DNA of 64,000 bases from an uncultured Candidatus Saccharibacteria bacterium (lineage in GTDB: Bacteria > Patescibacteriota > Saccharimonadia > Saccharimonadales > Saccharimonadaceae). Numbering within the stretch: position 1 is the first letter of the stretch; every line of letters begins with the position of its first letter. The notes under the pieces were generated by a model, which saw nothing but the letters and a program-made list of their open reading frames with translations, had not been told where the DNA came from and made no database searches. Positions 9,005 to 17,743 of the stretch are shown piece by piece. A program made the translations under genes and the position numbers. Where the stretch lies: assembly GCA_964439975.1 (NCBI GenBank), contig CAYTPD010000003.1, positions 764 to 64,763 of the forward strand. The letters run 5' to 3'.

Positions 9005-9031
9005 TTTATAGCACAAACGTCAAGCCGTCAA
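9005..9031 (-). promoter_or_regulatory. extended -10 promoter driving the sRNA candidate
   Basis: rc of 9005-9015 is TGTGCTATAAA; TTGACG is the rc of 9026-9031. Confidence 0.45.
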
Positions 9032-9355
9032 TAATTTTGAGCAAAAAAGTTAAAATTACAACGTTTCGAGGTAGGTTAGGTGGTTTAGGTTACGATATGG
9101 CGACCGTGAAGGTTGATTTGTCTCATATTTTATACTATACTTAAGGGGTTGAGATTGATAATCTAGCTCATTAGAAATTTGCCCAGAAGCAAGCCTTTAG
9201 ATAGGAGCATGCGACAAAACGGGATGATGTTGCAAAACCGAATGACACGAAAAAGCAAAATAATGCCGAAAGTGGGGTAGGGGTCATCTCGGAGAACATG
9301 AGCGAAATGACAGTTAGTGAGCTAGATACGAACTTTGAAAGGGGGATTTATAAAA

Positions 9356-9883
9356 ATGTACAACATTCTAGAGAAGGTCGGGCGGAAATACCGCGAGATG
9401 GTAATAGTCGACCTTGAACGCAGGGTCGAGCCCACGCTAACGGAGAAAAATAATGGTTGGCTAGGTTTATTACACGGCAGTTTGTTTGGGGAGTCAATCC
9501 TATTTGTTCTAACATACTGTATAACACTAATGGTTAACGAGTCGAGCTCTGGGGTTTGGGTCCGTTTTTGTCTGTTTGGCTCAATATTCTGTGCTCTATT
9601 TTATACAGTAGCCGAAGCAATGCGTCAAATTATAAGTCTTTTTATACTGGACTGTCATCAAGACAGGCGAAGAGCCCCGAAATATACTATCTTGAAGGAT
9701 CTTTGTTTGATAATCGTAGCGCATATTATACTTTTGTGCTTTATGATAGCGCTACAAATTGATGAAAGCCAGGGTAGCTTAGCAAATTTTTGGATTGTCA
9801 TGTCCTTGCTTTGTAGCATAAGTCTATTCTGTAGCTTGATGTATTGGCACTATATTCGCCAAGATTATAAGCGGGCTTCTTGA
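9356..9883 (+). CDS. hypothetical integral membrane protein (about 4 TM segments), AT-rich gene
   Basis: ORF track 9335..9883. ATG 9356 preferred because GGGGGA lies 9 nt upstream. Hydrophobic stretches include SILFVLTYCITLMV, FCLFGSIFCALFY, LCLIIVAHIILLCFMIAL and WIVMSLLCSISLFCSLMYW. Confidence 0.6.
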   Translation: MYNILEKVGRKYREMVIVDLERRVEPTLTEKNNGWLGLLHGSLFGESILFVLTYCITLMVNESSSGVWVRFCLFGSIFCALFYTVAEAMRQIISLFILDCHQDRRRAPKYTILKDLCLIIVAHIILLCFMIALQIDESQGSLANFWIVMSLLCSISLFCSLMYWHYIRQDYKRAS

Positions 9884-9888
9884 GTGTC

Positions 9889-9915
9889 AAAGACTCTCCT
9901 TAGGGAGGGTCTTTT
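9889..9915. terminator. intrinsic terminator after the 9356..9883 gene
   Basis: AAGACTCTCC, loop TTAG, GGAGGGTCTT followed by TT. Confidence 0.6.
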
Positions 9916-10035
9916 GCTTGCTTGTGCTTAGTACCGTTAAGGTTGGTTGAGTTGGGAACTACAAGAATGACATAGCTATGCCTGATATTTCTGTTGTAGC
10001 ACAGATTAGCAAAAAAAGTCAATAGTTAGGCGGGT

Positions 10036-11454
10036 TTATTGCTCGACTAAGGTGAATTCACGATCAGCGATCGAGATAATCGAATCGGGTTGAGCGCCTT
10101 GGTTGGTTAGTTCAGCGCGGATGCCGAGTTTTTTAAGGATATCGCGCAGACGATTGACGGAAGCATAATTATTGAGGTCAGTGCGCCGCGCAAATTTTTC
10201 GATCTTTGGGCCAGTCACAATGAATTTTTCGCCCACTTTTTCAACTTTCCAAGCTTTACTGAGGTGCTCAGGACCAAGTGTGATAACCGGAATTGGTGCG
10301 GGTTGTTTAGTATCAGGACTTTCAGCTGGAATATCTTCCCTTTGGTTGTCTCTGTACTCGCCCCAATGAGCGTTTCGCAGGTCGCTCTCATGAGCATTTC
10401 TCTGCCTGCCGCCTAGCGTATTTCTTCTCTGAGAATTTGCTTCGACACCAACTTGAGCATCGGTCGAGCGGACGCTTTGTTTCAGCTTGACAAGCGTGCG
10501 TAATAATTCAGTAATCCCTTGATGACTAACAGCAGAAATAGCAAAGATTTTCGCGTCGGGATTGACTGTGCGGATTGAATTTTCTTGCATGGCGATAATT
10601 TCGTCGTCCACGCCTTCACATTTAGTCAAAGCAACTACTTCGGGACGTTCACTCAGCCCGTGGTAGCGCTCAAGCTCACCGCGAATAACCTGGTATGCCT
10701 GACCCGCGTCATCGTTGTAGACATCAACTAAGTGCAATAATACCGCTGTTCGTTCGACATGACGGAGAAAATCGTGACCAAGACCTTTTCCTTCGGCAGC
10801 TCCTTCGATTAGTCCGGGAATGTCAGCAATCAACAAATCTTGACTGTCGATGGTTGCAACGCCCAGTTGAGGTGTAAGCGTTGTGAAGGGATAGTCGGCG
10901 ATCTCCGGGCGAGCATTTGATACTACGCTTAGAAAAGTCGATTTGCCGGCGTTTGGCAATCCGACTAGACCAATATCGGCCATGGTTTTTAGTTCAAGCG
11001 CGACTTCGAAAGCTTCACCTTCTTCGCCAACCTCGGCGATTCGAGGAGTTTGGCGCGTAGAGGACTTAAAGTGAGCATTACCAAAGCCACCGTCGCCGCC
11101 TTTCGCAATCGTCGCCTGTTCGCCGTCGTGCGTGAGGTCGGCGAGGATCTGCCCGTCGTCGATCCGCGTCACTACGGTGCCGATTGGCACTTCAACGATC
11201 TTGTCGTGGCCACTGTGGCCAGCGGAACGCTGGCCAGCACCATTTTTTCCATTTTCGGCTTTAATCTCCGGATTAAAGCGAAAATCGAGCAGCGTATTGG
11301 TGTCCTTGTCGGCCCGAAAAATGATTGAGCCGCCTTTTCCACCGTCGCCGCCATCCGGTCCACCTTTTGGGATATAGATCTCGTGTCGGAAAGAAACCGC
11401 TCCGTCACCACCTTTTCCCGCCTGCAATCGTACTTTTGCTACATCAACAAACAT
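10036..11454 (-). CDS. obg: GTPase Obg/CgtA with a C-terminal Obg-CT (DUF1967-like) domain and a long linker
   Basis: MFVDVAKVRLQAGKGGDGAVSFRHE..GGPDGGDGGKGG Obg fold, then GLPNAGKST, DIPGLIEGA and TKCE G-motifs. Confidence 0.9.
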   Translation of the reverse strand: MFVDVAKVRLQAGKGGDGAVSFRHEIYIPKGGPDGGDGGKGGSIIFRADKDTNTLLDFRFNPEIKAENGKNGAGQRSAGHSGHDKIVEVPIGTVVTRIDDGQILADLTHDGEQATIAKGGDGGFGNAHFKSSTRQTPRIAEVGEEGEAFEVALELKTMADIGLVGLPNAGKSTFLSVVSNARPEIADYPFTTLTPQLGVATIDSQDLLIADIPGLIEGAAEGKGLGHDFLRHVERTAVLLHLVDVYNDDAGQAYQVIRGELERYHGLSERPEVVALTKCEGVDDEIIAMQENSIRTVNPDAKIFAISAVSHQGITELLRTLVKLKQSVRSTDAQVGVEANSQRRNTLGGRQRNAHESDLRNAHWGEYRDNQREDIPAESPDTKQPAPIPVITLGPEHLSKAWKVEKVGEKFIVTGPKIEKFARRTDLNNYASVNRLRDILKKLGIRAELTNQGAQPDSIISIADREFTLVEQ

Positions 11455-11455
11455 A

Positions 11456-11513
11456 ATTAGATTAGATTAGATTAGATTAGATTAGATTAGATTAGATTAG
11501 ATTAGATTAGATT
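11456..11513. repeat. pentanucleotide microsatellite (ATTAG)11 plus a partial unit, in the obg 5' leader
   Basis: Direct reading: 11 perfect ATTAG units at 11456-11510 plus ATT. It begins 1 nt upstream of the obg ATG (11454). Confidence 0.95.
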
Positions 11514-11530
11514 TTACTACTCCTATTTCT

Positions 11531-11541
11531 ATTATAGCACA
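11531..11541 (-). promoter_or_regulatory. extended -10 element (TGTGCTATAAT) of the obg promoter
   Basis: rc of 11531-11541 is TGTGCTATAAT. AGGAG (rc of 11520-11524) follows 6 nt later. Confidence 0.55.
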
Positions 11542-11599
11542 CATTTTCTAAGAAAGCAATAGCGAAATCGCAAATTGGCTAATTGGTGTACTGTTTCGG

Positions 11600-12730
11600 C
11601 TAGTGGATATAGCTAAAATTGCCTACGACATTAGCAGGAATGGTTGATTCGGTGATCACATAGGCCCGAAAACCGTAGTTCATTTCGCGCACTAAGATTG
11701 AGCCGTCGCCATTCACGGCTAAAACAACACCAACGTGACCATAATAGCTACCATACGGAGTCTGGAAGACCGCGCCAACTTCTGGATTACGGTCCACGCG
11801 AATACCCAGCGAACGAGCGCCTGAAGCCCAAGCGTTAGCGTTACCACGCAGGTTACTCGGCAACTTGCCCTGAGAGCGCGGGTTGGTCGCGCGCCACCAA
11901 TACGCATACCAGGTACATTGGCCTGGGGCGAATTTGTTGCCGTAGCCGCTATTAACAGCTTCGGAAACAACGCGGATGTTTTGACGATCGGAGGTCGAGC
12001 CGTAGTAGCTATAAGCGTAGCGATTTGAGCTCGTATTCTTGCGACGTGGCGCGACGTATTCTGGACGTTCGGTCTCTGGAGGCGTACCGCCTGGCAAAAT
12101 AATCTGCATGCCTTCGTAGATTTCGGTCGATTCGAGGTTGTTTTGGGCTACAGTACGCTCATACGACGAGCCGTAACGCCGGACGATTTCGTCGAGTTTG
12201 TCGCCTGATTTGACCGTATAGACTACACCGGACGACAATGGGACAGTCAAGATCTGGCCCGGATTCACTTCGGCAGTCTTAAGTCCATTTGACCAACGGA
12301 CCTGATCCACCGAAAGTCCGTATTTGCGAGCGATCGACTCGATCGACTCACCCTCTTGGACTTCATGCGAGCTAACGCCAGTCGATTCACTTGAAAAGCT
12401 GAGGTTTTTGTCAATCCGCTCGGTATTAGTCTGGCCAATCTCCTTCATCACCGAAGCGGTAACATAATTACTAGAAACTGTATCTGTACTAGCCAAGTCA
12501 AATGAGCTCGAGAGGCTGGCGACAACGTATAACTCCGAGATTTGGTCTGCAGAAACGCTATAATCGGCATCTTTCAAGACATTCATGTTAATCGTGCTGT
12601 CATTCGCAGCTACTTTTTGGTCGGTACCTGTTTTAGCTACACCGAAGATCAGCAAAAAGCTCATCAAATACGGCATAACCTTACCGATTGATGCGAAAAT
12701 ACCAGATTTTTGATGATTTTTTCTACTCAT
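11600..12730 (-). CDS. secreted peptidoglycan hydrolase: N-terminal TM/signal, two LysM domains, C-terminal CHAP domain
   Basis: LysM-like repeats HEVQEGESIESIARKYGLSVDQVRWSNGL...PGQILTVP and YTVKSGDKLDEIVRRYG...EGMQIILP. CHAP-like GQCTWYAYWWR...GHVGVV. Confidence 0.8.
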   Translation of the reverse strand: MSRKNHQKSGIFASIGKVMPYLMSFLLIFGVAKTGTDQKVAANDSTINMNVLKDADYSVSADQISELYVVASLSSSFDLASTDTVSSNYVTASVMKEIGQTNTERIDKNLSFSSESTGVSSHEVQEGESIESIARKYGLSVDQVRWSNGLKTAEVNPGQILTVPLSSGVVYTVKSGDKLDEIVRRYGSSYERTVAQNNLESTEIYEGMQIILPGGTPPETERPEYVAPRRKNTSSNRYAYSYYGSTSDRQNIRVVSEAVNSGYGNKFAPGQCTWYAYWWRATNPRSQGKLPSNLRGNANAWASGARSLGIRVDRNPEVGAVFQTPYGSYYGHVGVVLAVNGDGSILVREMNYGFRAYVITESTIPANVVGNFSYIH

Positions 12731-12758
12731 AATGATTGTTTGTCGCTATTTATCCCCC

Positions 12759-14330
12759 TTATAGCGCTACGTTACAGAGGTCCTGACAATGTTCATCTCG
12801 ATTCTGTTGATGCCCTTCCTCTGTACTACTATAATACATCATTCCGTCGTCTCCTGTCAAGAAGAATAGATATTCACTGGCGTTTTCACTATCAGGGCTA
12901 GCCGTGGCGACCAAAGCTTCTTTCCCAGGGTTAGAAATCGGCCCGTAAGGTAGGCCAGGGTGCTTACGAGTATTATAGGGCGAGTCAATTTCGAGCGCCG
13001 CTAGGTTGTCTTTATAAGTTTCGCGATTGGGGTCGACTAAATCGACTGCATATTGCGTCGTCACATCACTTCCGAGATTCATATCTTGGGCAAGACGATT
13101 ATAGAAGACCTGGGCGATTTTTGCCCAATCGGCAGCATTATTGCCCTCTTTTTGGACAACCGAAGCTAGAGTAATACCTTGGTAGAGATTGAAGCCACGT
13201 TCAGCAAATTTGTCTTGCAGATGATTTTCTTTAATCACTTTAGCCATTTCGCTCAACATACGCTTAACAATAGTGGTCGGCGTATCAGATTGGAGAAATT
13301 CATAAGTTTCACCAAACAAATAACCTTCGAGGCTCGCGCCTTCTGGACGCCCTTCGAAGATCCAGGCGAAGTCGTCCTCGCTATAATCAGTTGCGAGAGC
13401 CTCATCGATCGCCTGCTCAGCATAACCGTTCTTTTGCAACTCTGATTTGATTTCGCGCAGAGTCGCGCCAGGAAGAACCGTCAAGGAGAAGACATTTTTA
13501 TCCTTGCTACCGCCAACCATAATGTCGATGATCTGCTCAGGTGTCATGGTTTTATTGAATTGATAATCACCGGATTTAATTGTGTCGATACTAGAATAAT
13601 TAAGACGAAAATACAGCTGAAAAACAATCGAATTACGGATCAAATCGGCATTTTTGAGATTCAAAGCAATCTCGCTGGTGCTTTGGCCGTCAGCAACCGT
13701 AAAGTCAACCATTTGGCAGGGCGAGTCAACACCGGTATTCGCAGAGCAGTCAGCATCTTTTGCAACAGGTTGGAGACTGTAAAGATAAAAGCCGTATGCT
13801 CCGCCGCACGCCACCAACAAAGTTAAGATAATGACAATTACTGCGGTCAAAAGATGGTGTGTACGGGGTTGTTTACGTCCTTTGACAGATTGACGTTTAG
13901 CAGAAGTCGCTTTAGTAATTGATTTACCACTGCTATGTTGCTCGAGAAAATCTTGAAGGATAATGGTCGCAGCTTCTGAATCGATATCGCCTTTTTTGTA
14001 GCTTTTCTTGCGCTTTTTCAGACGTTTTTCGGCCTCTACTGAAGTCAGAGACTCATCTTGGAAGCAAAGCTTAGCGTCGGGCATGGCCTGTTTGAGCGCT
14101 TGGGCAAATTGACGGACATAGGCGGTCTGTTTGGTTTCATTGCCTTCGTTGCTACGGGGCAACCCCAAGACAAAACAATTAATATCCCAGGCGCGTGCTA
14201 AGGAAGCAATTTTTTTGAATTCCTCGCCGTCAACTTCAATAGCCGAATAAGGTACTGCGACGCGGACATTGGAATCTGCCTTCGCGACACCGATACGCTT
14301 TGTCCCAACATCAAGTCCGATTAATTTCAT
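12759..14330 (-). CDS. ruvX-mltG: fusion protein: RuvX/YqgF nuclease domain, TM helix, then MltG/YceG endolytic transglycosylase
   Basis: N-terminus MKLIGLDVGTKRIGVAKAD...GLPRSNEGNET..DESLTSVEAE (YqgF). TM HLLTAVIVIILTLLVACGGAYGFYLY. C-terminus LEGYLFGETYEF, ASVVQKEG, FYNRL, YNTRKHPGLPYGPISNPG (YceG). Confidence 0.8.
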   Translation of the reverse strand: MKLIGLDVGTKRIGVAKADSNVRVAVPYSAIEVDGEEFKKIASLARAWDINCFVLGLPRSNEGNETKQTAYVRQFAQALKQAMPDAKLCFQDESLTSVEAEKRLKKRKKSYKKGDIDSEAATIILQDFLEQHSSGKSITKATSAKRQSVKGRKQPRTHHLLTAVIVIILTLLVACGGAYGFYLYSLQPVAKDADCSANTGVDSPCQMVDFTVADGQSTSEIALNLKNADLIRNSIVFQLYFRLNYSSIDTIKSGDYQFNKTMTPEQIIDIMVGGSKDKNVFSLTVLPGATLREIKSELQKNGYAEQAIDEALATDYSEDDFAWIFEGRPEGASLEGYLFGETYEFLQSDTPTTIVKRMLSEMAKVIKENHLQDKFAERGFNLYQGITLASVVQKEGNNAADWAKIAQVFYNRLAQDMNLGSDVTTQYAVDLVDPNRETYKDNLAALEIDSPYNTRKHPGLPYGPISNPGKEALVATASPDSENASEYLFFLTGDDGMMYYSSTEEGHQQNRDEHCQDLCNVAL

Positions 14331-16090
14331 TTACCCTCCTCGACCGTCAGCTCGACATGTACTTTGTTGCGGTCGTTCGGGATTGAGGTAACCCAGAAGA
14401 AAGAAGTTCGTATATCGACGGTACTGACGCCAGTGATACGTTTCAGATCAGATTGGACTTGACCAATTTTCTGACCTTTGGAACGATCAAAAATCTCTTC
14501 TTCAGTCACGGTCGGACCAGATTCAGTGATCGCTTTTAGACGTGCTGGCTGATCAATATTCTCGAAATGCTCAAAGTATGGCTCACCATAAGAATAAATT
14601 CGCTGATCATCTGCTAAATTAGATTTCTTTTTAATATACTCTTCGATTTTGGTCTTATCGACGACATAGATGCTGTATTTTTTGGTTGCTGTAACCGTGG
14701 GTTTTGTACCGTCGGAGACTTCTTCGCCAATCGCAGGACTAGAGGTCGCATCGGGTGTTTCAGATTGATAGCTGGCTTCGATGGGCAACATAGTGTCTTT
14801 AATATCTTTATAAAGCATTTCTTTACCATCGGCTGATTCACGCTCGTTGATCTCATTCTTAGCTTTATCCACGTCGGAATGGGTAACGATCGAGACGATT
14901 TTGGTCGATCCACCAGAGATTGAGCCGGTATTGACTACTGTGTTGCCTTCAAAGCTTCCCCAGCTACTGCCAGCATCGAGATTAAATTCTGCGCCGGGAT
15001 TCGAAGCTTGAATATTTACCGTGACCGACAATTCGCAAGGTTTGGCTTTGGAAATTTCTTTGTTTGAGGAATAGGTTTTGCCACTGCAGGTCAGAGGTGG
15101 CTCACCGTTCCAACCTGGAGCAGCGCCACCAGAGGTCGCGACGTAAGTTTTGCCACCGCTGATAAACTGATCCCCCTCGTTGACACTAATGCCGGCGACT
15201 TCTTTGCCTAAATAATCGTCTGGCTTGAAGCTTTTGCTAATCGTAACCTCACCGCGGGCTTTTTCACCCCGGTCTTCTTGTCCGGTAGCGCTAAAGTTGA
15301 CTTCTTGCTTTTCTTCGTAAGTGATTTTTTCGGCGTAAAGCTTCCCTTCGTCGATGTTTTCGTCGGCCATATTGGTGGTGAAATTCACACTTTCGGAGAA
15401 GTTATTCGAAATAGTATTAATCGCTACGACGATATCGGTAGCTGGGGCAAAAACTAAGGCCCATACCACAAAAACGATCAACAATACACCCGCTACAGCG
15501 CCGATAATGATTTTTTTTCGTTGTTTGGCAAAATTCGGCACTTTTTTGTTTTTTGCGCCTTTTTGACCCTTTTTACCACCATTTTTAGCATCCTTAGAGC
15601 CTTTTTCAAGCGTTTCGTCGGTAAACTCGAGATTATCCCCACTTTTTCCGGAAGTACCCTGAGAAGCGCTTTTAGATGTCTCAGGAGACGTTTTAGCGCG
15701 ATTTTTTTCATCATTATCAGATTTTTTGGCATTTTTGGCCGATTGACTGGAAGTTGAATCGTTGTTTTCGTCAATGACCTGCTCAGCCGCCTCAGATTCG
15801 CGCAAGCTCTCTTCGGTCGGTACAACTGGACGAGATTGGAGATTTTTTGCGACGGGGATCTTCGCCGCCATAGCGAGTTTTAAGATAGCGGGGTCAGAAG
15901 TCACCACCACGGCGACTTTTTCGCCTTCTTTGGCTGCTTTCGCGACCAATTTCATATTTACCGCACTGCGGAGAATGGTAGCCTTCTTGGGCGGGACAAG
16001 GGCGACCAATTTTTCTTTCGCCTGTTGGAGCTTAGTCAAGATGTCGGTAATGTCGTCATCCGGCTCCAAATAAATAACTTCCTTGTTCAT
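14327..16090 (-). CDS. hypothetical single-pass membrane protein with a conserved-looking N-terminal cytoplasmic domain, a K/S-rich linker and a large extracytoplasmic part
   Basis: 587-aa ORF, ATGA overlap with the downstream gene. TM IIIGAVAGVLLIVFVVWALVF. TGTGCTATATT lies 9 nt upstream of the ATG. Confidence 0.6.
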   Translation of the reverse strand: MNKEVIYLEPDDDITDILTKLQQAKEKLVALVPPKKATILRSAVNMKLVAKAAKEGEKVAVVVTSDPAILKLAMAAKIPVAKNLQSRPVVPTEESLRESEAAEQVIDENNDSTSSQSAKNAKKSDNDEKNRAKTSPETSKSASQGTSGKSGDNLEFTDETLEKGSKDAKNGGKKGQKGAKNKKVPNFAKQRKKIIIGAVAGVLLIVFVVWALVFAPATDIVVAINTISNNFSESVNFTTNMADENIDEGKLYAEKITYEEKQEVNFSATGQEDRGEKARGEVTISKSFKPDDYLGKEVAGISVNEGDQFISGGKTYVATSGGAAPGWNGEPPLTCSGKTYSSNKEISKAKPCELSVTVNIQASNPGAEFNLDAGSSWGSFEGNTVVNTGSISGGSTKIVSIVTHSDVDKAKNEINERESADGKEMLYKDIKDTMLPIEASYQSETPDATSSPAIGEEVSDGTKPTVTATKKYSIYVVDKTKIEEYIKKKSNLADDQRIYSYGEPYFEHFENIDQPARLKAITESGPTVTEEEIFDRSKGQKIGQVQSDLKRITGVSTVDIRTSFFWVTSIPNDRNKVHVELTVEEGK

Positions 16091-16171
16091 ATATTACTTA
16101 ATATAGCACACATTGTTTTGCTTGTGCTAAACATTTTTGTTTTGATAATTATTATGTTAAAATGGAAGGTG

Positions 16172-17743
16172 ATGAGTTTATTCAATTTTAATAAAAAACG
16201 TAGCCCAGCGACCAATGGTATGGGACAGAACAATACCGCGATGTTGGCCGAGCTGGCGCTCGATACGATTACTGACGGCGTGATAATCGTCGACAGCCGT
16301 GGCACGATTAAATACGCTAATCCCGCGGCAGCTAACTTGACGGGATACGATAGCCCTAATAATATTGTCGGTCTCGATTATCAGTTGGTCATTAAATTAG
16401 AAAATACCGAGGGAGCGCCGATTGTACCCGAGGACAACCAATTAACCAAAGCCCTGGAGCGTAATCAAGCCATGTCTACGCGGGATTACCTGCTTGTGGC
16501 AGCAAAGACTGGTCGAAAAGTTGCAGTAGCCTTGAGTTGTGTTCCGGCAAATGGCTTAAATTCTGACCGAATTATTACTTTCCGCGACATTGCGAAGGAG
16601 CTGGAAGAGGCGGGCGCGCAGACCGAGTTTATTTCGACTGCTAGCCATGAGATGCGTACGCCAGTGGCCTCGATTGAAGGCTATTTAGGATTAGCGCTCA
16701 ACCCGCAGACCGCGACAATTGACGATCGCGCGCGTCAATATCTCGAGGCCGCACATTCTTCTAGTCAACATCTAGGACATCTTTTTAAGGACCTTCTGGA
16801 CGTCACAAAATTGGACGACGGTCGGATGCGTATCCATCTCGTGCCGGTTGAGATCGTCTCAGTCGTGAAAAAATTTGCCGATGAAAGGCAACCAGATATT
16901 CTAAAAAAGCGCCTAAAATACAGCTTTGGTACGACAGGACCTGTGAATAATGGTACCCAAGTCGAGCCTTTGGTTTATGCTGCGGTTGATTTGGACTTTT
17001 TGCGAGAAATCTTGGATAACTTGATTGGTAATGCGATTAAATACACTCCAGAAGGGGGTGAAATTTGGGTCAATGCTCGCGGAGATGGTGATAAAGTTTT
17101 GATTAATGTTACGGACACAGGGATCGGTGTAGCGCCGGACGATTTGACGCATATTTTCCAGAAGTTTTATCGCGTTGATAACTCCCAGACTCGACAAATC
17201 GGTGGTACTGGCTTGGGACTTTATCTAGTCAAACAACGCGTCGAAGCAATGAACGGGCGAGTTTGGTGCGAGAGTTCGTTCGGCGACGGTTCAACTTTCT
17301 TTGTCAGCCTACCTCGCTTGAGCGATCAAGAATATGGACGCATGCGGATCGCTTATGAGAACGAACAGGCCGTGCAAGCCTTCGAAAGCGCTAATATGCA
17401 ACGCTCAGCCCTCCAGACGCCCAGCTCGATCAGTAGTAGTGCGGTGCAGAACCCTCTGGCAGAAAATACTCCGGCAAATACCGTAGAGGCGCAAGACTCT
17501 GCGCCGATGCAACCGCAGGCTCAACCATCGATGCCAACACAGATTCAGTCGCAGACGCAACCGCAGATGTCGCCCCAGACTCAGCCACAGATACCAATGC
17601 CAACGCAAGCTCCAGCGCAAATGCCGATGCCTCCGACACAAGTTTCAGCGCCAGTGCAGCCGATGCCAACCGTAAATAATGTCAACCCTCCACAAACGCT
17701 TAGTTCTAATGGTATAATGGATCAAAATAAGGAGTCTGTATGA
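16172..17743 (+). CDS. sensor histidine kinase (PAS, HisKA, HATPase) with a P/Q-rich C-terminal tail
   Basis: PAS-like ITDGVIIVDSRGTIKYANPAAANLTGY. H-box FISTASHEMRTPVASIEGYL. N/G boxes LIGNAIKYTPEGG, DTGIGV and GGTGLGLYLV. Start set to ATG 16172 after GGAAGGTG. Confidence 0.85.
   Translation: MSLFNFNKKRSPATNGMGQNNTAMLAELALDTITDGVIIVDSRGTIKYANPAAANLTGYDSPNNIVGLDYQLVIKLENTEGAPIVPEDNQLTKALERNQAMSTRDYLLVAAKTGRKVAVALSCVPANGLNSDRIITFRDIAKELEEAGAQTEFISTASHEMRTPVASIEGYLGLALNPQTATIDDRARQYLEAAHSSSQHLGHLFKDLLDVTKLDDGRMRIHLVPVEIVSVVKKFADERQPDILKKRLKYSFGTTGPVNNGTQVEPLVYAAVDLDFLREILDNLIGNAIKYTPEGGEIWVNARGDGDKVLINVTDTGIGVAPDDLTHIFQKFYRVDNSQTRQIGGTGLGLYLVKQRVEAMNGRVWCESSFGDGSTFFVSLPRLSDQEYGRMRIAYENEQAVQAFESANMQRSALQTPSSISSSAVQNPLAENTPANTVEAQDSAPMQPQAQPSMPTQIQSQTQPQMSPQTQPQIPMPTQAPAQMPMPPTQVSAPVQPMPTVNNVNPPQTLSSNGIMDQNKESV

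Noticed and set aside
9993-10022. Minus-strand TTGACT-N18-TACAAC promoter-like element that could give a ~100-nt RNA ending at the 9889-9915 hairpin
   Set aside because: The -10 lacks the critical final T, the spacer is 18 nt, and the hairpin has no T-run in that direction. This is too weak to call.
11456-11513. CRISPR array as an explanation for the ATTAG tract or the 22.5-22.8 kb repeats
   Set aside because: The ATTAG tract is a pure 5-nt microsatellite without spacers. The 30-bp array has degenerate units and no alternating conserved-repeat and unique-spacer structure. No cas genes are present.
17405-17669. Antisense ORFs (78-79 aa) within the kinase tail, and many other 60-130-aa ORFs nested in or antisense to large conserved genes
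   Set aside because: Repetitive P/Q codons keep all frames open. The same argument applies to nested ORFs inside recG, obg, dnaE, tuf, uvrB and others, where the conserved protein on the other frame or strand explains the DNA.
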